Made by a program: the position numbers and the translations under genes
Shown here: positions 1-11,824 of the stretch, piece by piece
How the letters are laid out: each line of letters opens with the position of its first letter
Position numbering within the stretch: the stretch's first letter is position 1
NCBI RefSeq assembly: GCF_000143415.4
Contig: NW_003314282.1
Span: forward strand, 825,374-889,373
From: Selaginella moellendorffii
Lineage: Eukaryota > Plantae > Lycopodiophyta
DNA: 64,000 bases
Reading direction: 5' to 3'
Notes under the pieces: model-generated
The model's input: only the letters and a program-made list of their open reading frames with translations
Database searches by the model: none
What the model was told of the DNA's origin: nothing

Positions 1-2161
1 TTGTCCCTTCTTTATCCCATGAAGTCCCTCTCCATCTACGGCAATGCTTGTTAGCAATCAAAGAAAATAATTTGAGAAATAATCTATTGAGATTTAAATA
101 TAAAATGAAATACTTATTTTACAAAATTATTTTCCAATTGATTAAATTTTTTAGGATAAATATCCTTGGGTTTGAACTGAGTGACTTCCCAATTACACAT
201 TGCCACTATATTAGGGCCTTATAGCCCGTTTATTAAATTAACCTTTAAAACTTCCTCATTATGTAACCCTTGGTTATTAAATAAGAGTGGGAATTTCTTA
301 CCACATAACTATACCTTTGGTTATTAAATAAAAGGACTACTTCTCCAATATAAATCCTTTAAGGCTTCTTTCACTTTTTGTTTTGAATTTATTTTCAAGA
401 TATTTGTCCATCTCTTGATGCTCATCCAAATGAATCAAGTAGTTTTGATAGTATATATAAGGTATGCAAAACAGTGTCTAATATATAAAAATTAGGTGCC
501 AACTCAGACTTGATTTTGAATTTGGTTTCAAACTCAGTCTTAAACTCTATCTTGAACTCAAACTTGATCTTAAGCTTGGTCTCAACACTACATGTTATAA
601 TATTTGTCATGTGTTAATTATTTTTATATCTTTTTTTAGAAACTTATTTATTGATTGCTTTGTGCTCATTCCTTAAACACTTTTTTGGGAGTTCCATGTT
701 ACATTCATTGGACTTCAGCTTTAATGGCATTCTTTCGGCTTTAATTTGAGATTTAAGAATTTATATTTTACATTAATATAACTTTGCCAAATTTATCAAT
801 ATACCTTTCATGACTAGCCATTGTAGTGGAGCATGTCTTAACACCTTAAGATCATGCAATAGATCCCAATAGTCATAAATATTATCCATAAAACCAAAAT
901 GTTTGAATAGTTATGTTGTCTAGCCAAATTTTATATCTTATTACACTTAGTGTCATTATATGTTTTGGAATTGACTTTTTGTAATATTTGTATTCCACTT
1001 TAAACCATCTTATGCATATGTTTATCTTTCCTAACATATTATAAAGCCCAAAATGGGTCAATTTTCCCATCCATAATGTTCATTATTCCAAAGTCTATAA
1101 TTCCGATATTGTCAAAGTTTAAATTCTTTCTAGATGAGTAGTCTTGGACTGAAATATTGATATGCATAGTGTTAGGTTTATATGCATCATTATTCCCAAT
1201 TATCACTTGCTTTTTAGAAATTATTTTTTGATTTCCATTATATGTACTCAAATTTAATATAACACCAATTTACCAAGCTTGTGTGTTGAAGTTCAACATA
1301 TTAACCAATTGTTTCTTTATATTGTCTAGTGTATCACTTTTTTAGTATAGAGTTCTTGCAAGTTTGGTTTTAAACCAACATTCTTAAAATTGTATATAGT
1401 GATGCATTGAAGTAGTGTTTTAAATAAGTCATCATATCAACATTATACATGTTTATTTTTATTTTGAAACCTCTTTCAACTAGCTAATTTGCATATTTAA
1501 CCTTCAAATAGTTTGTGTTTTCTTCAAATGGTTTATGTTTGATTTATTTTGCAGTGAACATTTATAAAACTTCACTATTTAAAAATTAGTTAGGGCCAAA
1601 CTTTGAAAATCATATTACCTTATTTTGATTCTTGAGCAAAGGTATTTTATGTCTTTCTTGATGAATTTTTCATTACTGTTATAAATGTTATAAATATTCT
1701 TTAATTTTTTTCTTATATTCTTGCCATTTGCCACCTCCAACACATGGTTAATTATTCTTCTTGATAATTCTGTATAATATATTGTATTTAAGGACTCTAC
1801 TTGAAGCAGAAAAATATGACTATTCTTTTTCTACATATTAAGAGTTTTCAAAATACATATCAAAGAAAATATTCAAGTTAGACTTGTTTTGTTGTAATTA
1901 ATAAAGCTAGTTGAAAAAGTCTCTAATAAATATATGTAAATGAATAATAAATATCCTAGAAATGTAAATCATGTAAGAAAGTTTAATAGCCTAAAATATA
2001 GTGAAAATCTACTAGGTCAATAAAATTAATATATTAAATTTTTTATATAATAAATATAAAAACTTTATATAATAAACTAGATTCTATACTCTTATATAAA
2101 AATATGTTACTTATTTGTAATACCACTTTAAAAAGAATAAATTATTAAATTTGAGCAAAAT

Positions 2162-2330
2162 TTTGAGTGCATGGAATATAGAAAGGGAATACAGAAAACA
2201 TGCATTTCAATTAGCCCAAAAACCCTAACTTATATACATGAGCGAATGGTCCAGATTGAAACCAATCTAATAACTACCAAAATCCTACTACACTAATATT
2301 AATATATGGCATCATATCTTGGACTTCATA
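2162..2330 (-). repeat. 3' LTR of the gypsy element
   Basis: Aligns by eye to 5147-5309 (gagtgcatg...ttagcccaaaaaccctaa...tggacttcata); adjacent to the PPT. Confidence 0.85.
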
Positions 2331-2339
2331 TCATTCCCT

Positions 2340-5100
2340 CCCCTTAGAATAATGGAAGACCATCAAGGTTCTCTCATAGATGGGCCAGCATTTAGAAGAA
2401 TATCATAAGGAGGCATCGGTGGATCTATAAGTGGTACTAGTTATCTTACTCCCTTTGTACAAAGTGTTTCAACTGCTACACATGCATAATTTTTGGAGGA
2501 TCGGTCTGTTAGACGTCATGCCAAACCTCATAAACTTGTAATCCAACTTGCCGCAACACTCGATACGGTCCTTTCCACTGAGTAAAGAGCCTCTTAGATA
2601 AACCACATACTATAAGATGGGGAAAATAGATTAATAGCAAGTCATCCACTTTGTACTCCCCAGGTGGACGATGATAGGAGTTGTAGTGTCATTGTTGCCC
2701 CACTTGTACGCGGCCTAGGTATTCGGTAGACTCTGCTCGAACAATTGGAAGAATACTCGTCAAATATTAATCCCATGACTTAGCATTAACAACTCATGGC
2801 AATCATGAAGGAAAACCCATCTTCGTTGGTAATATTGGATTATGACCATATAAAAGTTCATATGGTGAAACACTAATAGAACTTTACACCCCTATGACAT
2901 ATGCATACCAAAGAGACGATAAATAACCATCCCAATCTGAATGCTGAAAGTTCACATACTTTGCGATCATCCCTTTGAATTTTTGAATGAGTTTTTCCAC
3001 CAAATCATCTGACTGTGGATGATAAACACTCATGAATAACATATCCCCAACTGAGATGTCAAAACATTAAATGCCTCAGCCATAAATATAGAACCATTAT
3101 CCGAAAGAATCCACTCTGAACAAGAATGTTAGAACACCACTCGATTGAGGAGGAAGTATCTAACAACAGTTGTAGAGGCGCTAGCAAAAGCACCAACTTC
3201 CACCAAACGAGTCAAGTAGTTAAAAACAAGAATAACATACTCATTACCAGTAGTCAATCATGGAAAATATCCCATAAAATCAAACACCACCAACTCAAAC
3301 AAACGGGAAACTATAATTGACTCCAACTATCCTTCTGTAACATGAAGGGGAGTATTACAAGCTTGGCACCAAATATAGCTACGTACATACTAGATAAAAT
3401 CACGTTGCATCTTCAGCCAATAGAAAGATCTATGCAGCTTCTTGGTCACACGACGATGTCCTATATACACATCTAGAACAGGAGAATCATGGTAGGCATG
3501 GAGGAACCATGGAATAAAGATTGAAGGCACCACCAGCTAAAAATGATCATTAGGATCTATCCCTACAAAATAAAGAAAGCCATCTCCAAGGCAATATTGA
3601 GATGTAAATGCCGGAATGGCAAGTCATCAGTAAGTGATGCAAGATTTTCAAACCCATTTCGAAGCTTTCGAATTTATAGCTCAATCTTTTGAGCCTCACA
3701 AACCTTATCAAGAGAAGGTAAATCTTGCTCTGCACCTTGACACTAAATGTCAAATATAGCAACTACTGATAGCATAGAATCCTTATTTAGAAAATCCATA
3801 AATGCTAGAACAACAGGCTTGTTAAAAACATGAGAAAAAAGTAAAGAAGGAAGAAGATCTTGAGAAAGGGTATCAACATTAGCTATAGAACTCATCGGGC
3901 GATAAACAATATCAAAATCACATATTTAAAGTTTTAAAGTTCACTAAGCAGTATGACTAACTAAGTTCTTCCACTTCAATAATGAAGTAATGGCAATATG
4001 ATCACCTTTCAATGTAAACTCCCAAATTTAAACTTTCTGGGAGGTCACCCAACCCAGTACGATTCAAACCCAAAGATATTTAACTCAAGACCTTTAATTA
4101 ATTGGAAAAAAGGGTGCACTCTTCCCTTTTTCCCTTTATATTTGAACCCCATGGATTGTCTCTCGAGTTGTTCCTTTTGGTTGCTTATATTAGTAACATC
4201 CAAGACCCATGTAAATATGCATGAAGTTTCTCGAAACCCTAGATCGTCTTTACTGATTGTAATGTACAGCTTATATATGCAATGGGATGGCACTAAGCAG
4301 ACACACTTGCTTCAAAACCAATATCAAAAGCATCCACACGCAAAATGAAAGGTCAAGTGTAGTTAGGATATGCCAAAACTGAAGGAGTCATCAATAACTT
4401 TTTGAGATCCATGAATGCCCACTCACAATCTATAAACTAGATAAAAAATGACATTAATGACTTTAGCAATGCTTGTAACGGTGAAGTGTGATTAGAAAGA
4501 TGATCCACAAAACGATTAACATACTACACTTTGCCCAGGAAATATTGCACATCATTCACACATTTCAGAGTAGGGAATTTTAGAATAGCCACAAGTTTGT
4601 CATGATCAATTTGCAAACCCTCACGAGAAATACAGTACCCAAGATAAGTTATGTTCTTGGACCTAAACATGCATTTCGATCGTTTTAGTTTTAAACTAAC
4701 GTCTTATAATTGATCCAACACTTTACAAACATCACGGATGTATTTCTCCCATGTCCCTTCCAAGTGAATGAAGACATCATTAATGAAGTCAGTAATCATC
4801 TTTGGTATATCGCAAAGAATCTTGTCTATCATCCGCTAGAAAGTTGCTGAAGTATTGTTCAAACCAAACGACATCACCAAAAACTCTTACAAACCAAATA
4901 ATGTATGAAAAGTAGTCTTAAAAATACCTTCTTCGGCCATTAGTATTTGTTAGTATCCAAAAGCAAGATCTAGCTTGGTCAACTAACGACTTCTCCCCAG
5001 ACGATCTAAAAGATTAGCAGTGTGAGGAACAGGGTACATATCCGGGATTATAACTTCATTTAATAGACAATAATTGATGTAAAAATGAATACTCCTATAC
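2340..5100 (-). pseudogene. Gypsy pol remnant (RT-RNaseH-integrase) with many stops and frameshifts
   Basis: Minus-strand translations: YPVPH..LLDRLG..TKLDLAFGY*QI..KTTFHTLFGL*EFLVMSFGLNNTSATF (RT), VYHPQSD and WKGPYRV (integrase). Confidence 0.85.
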
Positions 5101-5146
5101 TTTTGTTTCTCCATTACTTATCGAAGTTACCCTTCATTTCCACTAA

Positions 5147-5309
5147 TGTGAGTGCATGAAATATGGAAAAGAAATACAGAAAATATGCATATCAATTAGC
5201 CCAAAACCCTAGTTTATATATAGGAGCGAGTGGTCTAGATTGAAACTAATTCGACAGCTAGAAAAATCCCACTATATACATCATTATAACCATACATTTG
5301 GACCTCACA
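5147..5309 (-). repeat. 5' LTR of the gypsy element
   Basis: TG...CA ends with a 6-bp terminal inverted repeat TGTGAG/CTCACA. Confidence 0.85.
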
Positions 5310-5587
5310 AAATAAATTAAAATCTTATAAATTATAATCTGGGATATAAAATAAAATGTTTAATTAAAATTGCTACAAATCAGTATCTTTCAAGATTTAT
5401 TTCAGAAAAATTATTTTATTTTTTAATTATCTTTTTTAAAATTTTTATATTAATAATTAGAGAAAATTTTGTAAATAGTATTTTTAAAGAAGAATAAAAT
5501 CTAGTGAAAATAAAAATATTTTTAAAAAAACTTAAGTATATTAATTTTATACTTTACATTAATATATTTTATAGCACTTTTTCCTAC

Positions 5588-5590
<3 letters not shown>

Positions 5591-5634
<44 letters not shown>

Positions 5635-5710
5635 ATACATATACATATATATATACATATACATATATATATACATATACATATATATATACATATACAT
5701 ATATATATAC

Positions 5711-5805
<95 letters not shown>

Positions 5806-6260
5806 CACATACATATATACATATATATACACACATATACATATACATACACACATACACATATAGATACACACATACACACATATACATACATATACAT
5901 ATACATACATATATACATATACATACATATACATATACATACATATACATACATATACATACATATACATACATATACATACATATACATACATATACAT
6001 ACATATACATACATATACATACATATACATACATATACATACATATACATACATATACATACATATACATACATATACATACATATACATACATATACAT
6101 ACATATACATACATATACATACATATACATACATATACATACATATACATACATATACATACATATACATACATATACATACATATACATACATATACAT
6201 ACATATATATACATATATACATATATATACATATACATATATATGTATGTATGTATGTAT
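5591..6260. repeat. Compound microsatellite (AT)n / (ATATAC)n / (ACATATACAT)n
   Basis: Directly visible tandem array of about 670 bp. Confidence 0.98.
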
Positions 6261-7047
6261 ACCAGTTTTAAATTTTTAAAATGATCTTGGACTTTAATTA
6301 ATATAAATAAATATTAATACTGTTAAAAATGTTAAATAATTTTAAAACAAAAATTATAAGAACAATTATTTAGTTTAAACAAAAGATATGAAAGCTACAA
6401 AATCCTATAAATATTAATAGTTAGTTAATATTAAATTTATTATAAGCTTTTAAAAATTAATATATGCATAAATTACTTACAACATTAGCATCAATGATTT
6501 ATGTATTACATATGTGATATAACTAACAGAAAATCACTCATACAAATAGTGTTAAAAATATAAAAGATATTTATTAAATTGAGTAGTATGTGTTGTTTTA
6601 TTTTAGTATAAGATGGAAATTAGTGTAATACTTTTTGCAATTAAGTACAAATGCTTAGTCCAGTTTACTAATATTTGAATAAGAGAGGCTGAAAAAAGAA
6701 TCAACAATACTGACTTCCTATTATCATGGTAGTAAAGAAAGAATATCTGAAAAGATTTGCCAATATAAGTAGCTTTTAATATACACAATCATATTTACAA
6801 CAATACTCTATTTTCCAATTGGTTAAAAGTTTTGGGATATTTAAGAGTGTTAATAGTATTGAGCCAAATTGCCTTTTAAAAGTTTAAATTCAAAAGCTTA
6901 CAGCTAAATTACATTATCTATAAATTTATTAATACCTCCTCTAGTTGTCCCTATTAATGTCCCTTTAGATCTTAGTCCATCAACATAAAAACCCTAAGAT
7001 AATTTGAGTCTGTCAACACAAAAACCCAAACTTTCTTTTTTGTCCCT

Positions 7048-7192
7048 TCTAAGGAAAGAGGATTATATGAGATCCAAATTTACAACTATAATAGTTGTCA
7101 AATTGGTTCAATTAAAACCACTTGCCCTTGTATATAAGCTAGGGTTTTTGGGTTGATAAAATATATACATTTCTGTATTCTATATATTTACA
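7048..7192 (+). repeat. Third, inverted copy of the same LTR family with its PPT
   Basis: 7066-7192 (tatgagatccaaat...tatataagctagggtttttggg...ttctgtatt...taca) matches the reverse complement of 5147-5309 and is preceded by the purine tract aaggaaagagga. Confidence 0.7.
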
Positions 7193-7446
7193 AATGTTAT
7201 AAAAGCAATAATATTAATTAAATGGTAAATACAATTTGTGTATTCTTGTGACATTACAATTTTGAACATTTATCTTGGAAATAAATCTTACCAAAATGCC
7301 TTTTAACACAATTTTCATCAAATTATTTAATTCCTCTATTTGTTCTTTTTATTTAGATTAAAAAAATAAAAATATTTCCTTTTCTTGTTGGCAGTGTAAC
7401 TAAGTCAAATAAGAGTAATTAATTTACACAATGGACGGAAACTCTT

Positions 7447-8082
7447 CTACTGATTCCCAAGGAAAGCGTTGTTTGGTCCTGTCTTCTTGAAGTCATCCCA
7501 TCCACGAACCCACGGCTGGCCGGGCTTGGCACGAGTCTCCACGGCCGCATGGTTCTCCAAGTTGCCACTGATTTGCTTCTGGATACACGCAAACACCTGG
7601 AAAGAAATTCCAATCCTAGAACTTTAGGACAAAAACCCATCGTCTCTCGGCTTCCTCCATACCGGATTAGCAGTGATGGATTCTGGCACCTCGGCTTGCC
7701 CTGTGAGCCATTTCCATAGATCGGGGTTTTCCTGGAAGATCGATCTATTTGAGAACAACCCCATGGAACATAGATCAAAATCTCACCAGATCGAGGACTT
7801 GGATCAACGATTCCAAGTGCTTGTCGTCCAGCTGATGGATGTTTTCTTGCGTCCATTTCCCCAGCACCAGATCGAGCTCCAGGAACCCGCGCTGCTTGCT
7901 CCGGTAGAGCAATCTATAGAGAAATTTCTGTGAGGAACGCGCAAATTAGGATGGAATCGATCGAACCTGTTGACAAGCTGCCGCCTTTCCTCCTCGTCGA
8001 TCGTCGAAAATGCCCTGCTCCTGCTGCTGATGGGATTTAGGCGCACGATCGATCGCCAGGCGTTTCGGATCGTCATAGCCAT
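7447..8082 (-). CDS. SDHAF2: Succinate dehydrogenase assembly factor 2 (Sdh5 family), mitochondrial; 4 exons
   Basis: Spliced translation: Arg/Ser-rich transit peptide, then RLLYRSKQRGFLELDLVLG...ENPDLWKWLTGQ...PGQPWVRGWDD...GNQ*; short GT-AG introns. Confidence 0.9.
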
Positions 8083-8151
8083 GCCCTAAAGCTCTGATCT
8101 TTGCGAACAAATATTTAGGGTTCTAATAAAGGAGTTCTTCGCGGATCCGGC

Positions 8152-11100
8152 ATGGCGCGAACGCTGGGCGCCGCTGGATCCGACACAGCGGGATGGTTCC
8201 TCAGCTTCTCATCGCCCGCGACGATCGTCCGCCTGCGCGAGGGCGGGGCGTACGCCGGAAGATCGAGCATCGAGGAGCTCCAGTCCAGCCTCACGGAAGC
8301 GGAGAGCGCGCGTGAAATGTAGGCATTGTTCTTTGCTTCTCTGGGCTTGATCGCGTCGTTCGCAGGGTGCTCGATGACGACATTGTCAATTCGGTGGAAG
8401 AATTTTGCTTCCAGGACGAATTTAACCCCGTTTCCTTGTTCCAGCTACCGCTCGAGTGTGCTGGAGCTTCGTTGCAAGAAACGGTCTGGCTCCGAGGTAA
8501 GACCGATGATGGCCTTCGTCCAGTGGGAACGCCAGTGAATGCCTGGAGTGTGGAGTTTGGCCCGGAAGGGGCACAGATCTACGTGAGGAATGAGCAAAAA
8601 AGATGGTATGGTTTCCAAGTTTCCTTCGTTCTCGTAAGAAAGCTGAGGAAACTTCATTCATTTTTGCCAGGATCAAGCTGGGAAAGCAGGCAAAGGCTTA
8701 CGAAGTGGAGTTTCTAAGCGTTTTTGTTCTGCTTAGTCTGCTGGAGTTCGCGAGGAAGCATTTATATGCTTCCGAGACAACCATTTGGAACCATTTGCGT
8801 TCCCTCTACAGGTACTTGCAGCAGCGCTTTTCTTGGGCATTCATGTACCATTTTCTGTTTTGCAGCTACCATGGCAGCATTCCAACTCAAGATGAGGTGT
8901 TGGAGAATCTTTACGTCTTGAGGAAACTTGTAACTCTTGATACGGAGCTGGGAGCTTCGGACTATATCCAAAGCTTGCTGAGAAAGAGGAGGAGGTCGTA
9001 TGACGAAGGAAGTTCTAGCAAGAGGCCGAGATATGAATCCGAGGAGGAGGTGGATGGCGACGACGGCGTTGGGGAGTCTGTTTGTGCCATATGCGATGAT
9101 GGTGGTGATTTGCTATGGTAAGCCGTTTTTCAGGCATTATACGGAAATCATGTGCCTTGTAACGCAGCTGTGATGGTCCGTGCCTACGATCGTTCCATGG
9201 ATTCAAAACAGAAGGCGTCTCTTGCAAGACCTTGTGCCTGTCAGAGGCAGAAGTTAAGGTTCGTCATTGGCACTAGACAATATCAGTATTCTATTTCTTT
9301 GCTACCAGCACATGGCAAAGTTCTTTTGTAAGAACTGCGAGCTCAACCAGCACCAGTGCTTCGCTTGTGGAAAACTTGGAGCATCAAGCGGTCCCTCACA
9401 AGAAGTATGTTTTCCGGTTTGAGTAGTGGACTCTTATTCGATGTTTCTGTGCAGGTTTTCTTGTGTGACGTTGCTCTCTGCGGGAAGTTTTACCATCTTC
9501 CTTGCGTGTCCAAGTTATTGGGGGACACAGCTGCCAGAACTGGATTTACGTGCCCTCTTCACAACTGCTTCAAGTGCCACCAGAGAGAAAAGGAAGAAGA
9601 ATCGCTGTGGCTGTATCCGTGTAGGCGCTGTCCACGAGCCTGGCATGAAGCTTGTTCTGGGTAAGCCGAACCGTTGTTACAATCGCATTGCCTTAACTGC
9701 GTTGCCAGTGTAAGCTTTGCAGACGACGACGAGGATCGAAGGGGATGGTTCATAAATCAAACAAGATTTCTGTATTGCATGTAAGCTCTCTTTTGTTTTA
9801 ATACATTGATTATAGTTCACTTGTTTCAGGAACCACGTAGTGATGCCCGATTTGAGAACACCAAGAAGGGATCACATAAAGTTTCCGGAGATACCATCGA
9901 AAGAGCGTGGGAACAAGGCTGCAATTAATCTGCAGAGCTCTAAAAGCGTTCAAATTTTGGAGCAACGACAAGGAAACAACGTTCTCCGTTCTGACACGCC
10001 CGCCGTCTTCTCCCAGATGGAGGTGGAAGACACGTAAGTAGTATTTGCTCTTTCGTTCCACTTAGTGTTTTCTTCTTTCCAGTGTTTCAAAGGTTATGTC
10101 GAGCTGCAAGCTGACATTTGAAAGCATTACCGCACAATTGACAGCTCCAAGCACTGCCAGGCCAAATTCGAACAGGAATCGTCATTTGAACAGGATACAC
10201 TCGTTGCTGAATGTAGATGATTCCATGTCAACTCTTGGCTGTCCGCTTACTTTCGATTTTTGTAGGCTTTTCAAAAGGCATCTACGTTCGTCCAATGCGG
10301 CGGCAGTATTGAGAAAGCTCAACTTATCTTCTCGCCGAAGGACTTGAAGCTGCTTGAGAGCGCCAGAGTAAGATTACCCATGGTTATTATCAAGACCAAT
10401 GTGGGAACTTTCAGGACGCGTTGCGAGTTTACTTGTCGCCTATGCTGTTTGGAATGCGCTATAGTTCCTTTGGGCGGCATTTCACGCGTACTTATAAGTT
10501 ACAATCGGTGAGTTCGATGGACAAAGCAAGGCAGACCTTTTCTAACATATTATCTGCTTGTAGATTGTCGACCAGCTCAGCTATTACGTGAATCCAGGAG
10601 ATATGGTAGGTTTTTTTCTTAATTGTTCGTATTGTTATGCTGACTCGTTCAGATTCAAAGGTGGTGGACCTGTGCTGTGGATCGAACGAGTTTTCACGGC
10701 TAATGTCTGACAAGCTGACGGCCATGAAGAAAGATTGCAGATTCAAAAACTTCGACTTTATACAGCCGAGTGTGAGTAATGTTTTTCCCTGCTGGATCAA
10801 TGCTGACATCATGTTTTAGGATACGTTCCATTTCGAGCGGAAAGACTACATGGAAATCCAACCAGAAGAACTTTGTTCCGGTGATAAACTGGTGAGTATA
10901 CTGTTGTGTTGTACATTCACTTGATACTATTGTGTATTGTGGAATGCAGATTATGGGTTTGAATCCTCCTTTTGGATTCAGGGCTCAACTTGCCAGCAAG
11001 TTTGTGGAGCATTGCGTGAAGTTCCAACCCAAGATTATAGTGCTGATTGCACCAGAAGAGACAAGAAGGTCCTGCGAACTTTTCTTTTCTTTTTTATGTG

Positions 11101-11397
11101 TAAAGCTCATAACCGGTTGCAGACCGGATGGACGCTACTACGAATTGACATGGGAAGACAAGGATCTGCTGAGAGGGGACGTATGTATGCTATTCTTTAT
11201 CTTTCTAAATAAGCCGTCTTGTTTTCCTTGTGCAGGCATTCTACTTGCCTGGATCGGTGGATGCTGAAGGGAAGACGATAAAGCAGGAGAACAATGTCCC
11301 TCCGGTTTTGTATCTATGGAGCCGGGTGGATTTTGCTGAGGCTCACAGAAAGATAGCCAGGAGGCATGGCCATCTTCGACGTAGTTCAGGTAGATGA
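8152..11397 (+). CDS. EDM2: EDM2-like protein (atypical PHD fingers plus C-terminal methyltransferase-like domain); multi-exon, 3' end may extend to 11823
   Basis: N-terminal FQDEFNPVSLFQLP; PHD motifs CAICDDGGDLL-CDGPCLRSFH, CGKFYHLPC, FTCPLHNC, CRRCPRAWHEAC; YSSFGRHFT; VDLCCGSNEFSRLM; GLNPPFG; FYLPGSVD. Confidence 0.85.
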
Positions 11398-11824
11398 CTT
11401 GCGACAGCTCTCTTCCTTTTGACAGTGATTAACATTTTTTGATGGGAAATTCATATAGCTTTGGATGCAAAGAGTGCTGCTAACATTGATGTGGGAGGTT
11501 AAGGTACTTCAAGTTCGTCGTTTGACGTTCTTTGTTCGGAACTGGACGGTTCCGAGCTTGGAATCTCATGTCAAAGGTAAGAAGAGAGCGTAAATTGTCA
11601 CTGGCAAATTCCCCGGTCAACAGCAAGCAAGCAAACATCACCTGGAAAGCGGACGACTCGACTTCCAGGTGAAGCTTCCAGTAGAGAACCACCGGACTAT
11701 GATCAAGAGGCTCCAGCATCCACATACTCGTCATCCTCGTCCGCCAGTTTTCCAGGTTTCAGATTCATCCTATCGCCATGGTGCAGCACTCAAAGCTATA
11801 CTACAGTTGGAGGTGACCACTGAT

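Larger units (their letters stand above)
2162..5309 (-). mobile_element. Degenerate Ty3/gypsy LTR retrotransposon, internally deleted (no gag/protease)
   Basis: Direct repeats at 2162-2330 and 5147-5309 (right copy TGTGAG...CTCACA). PPT on the minus strand (AAGGGGAGGGAATGA) abuts the left LTR. AAAT flanks both sides (2158-2161, 5310-5313). Interior holds RT/RNaseH/integrase remnants in gypsy order. Confidence 0.85.

Noticed and set aside
5504-6238. Long YI/YT/MY/CI ORFs
   Set aside because: Translations of a stop-free microsatellite.
7419-7856. 145-aa ORF as a separate gene
   Set aside because: Explained by out-of-frame reading of the spliced SDHAF2 gene.
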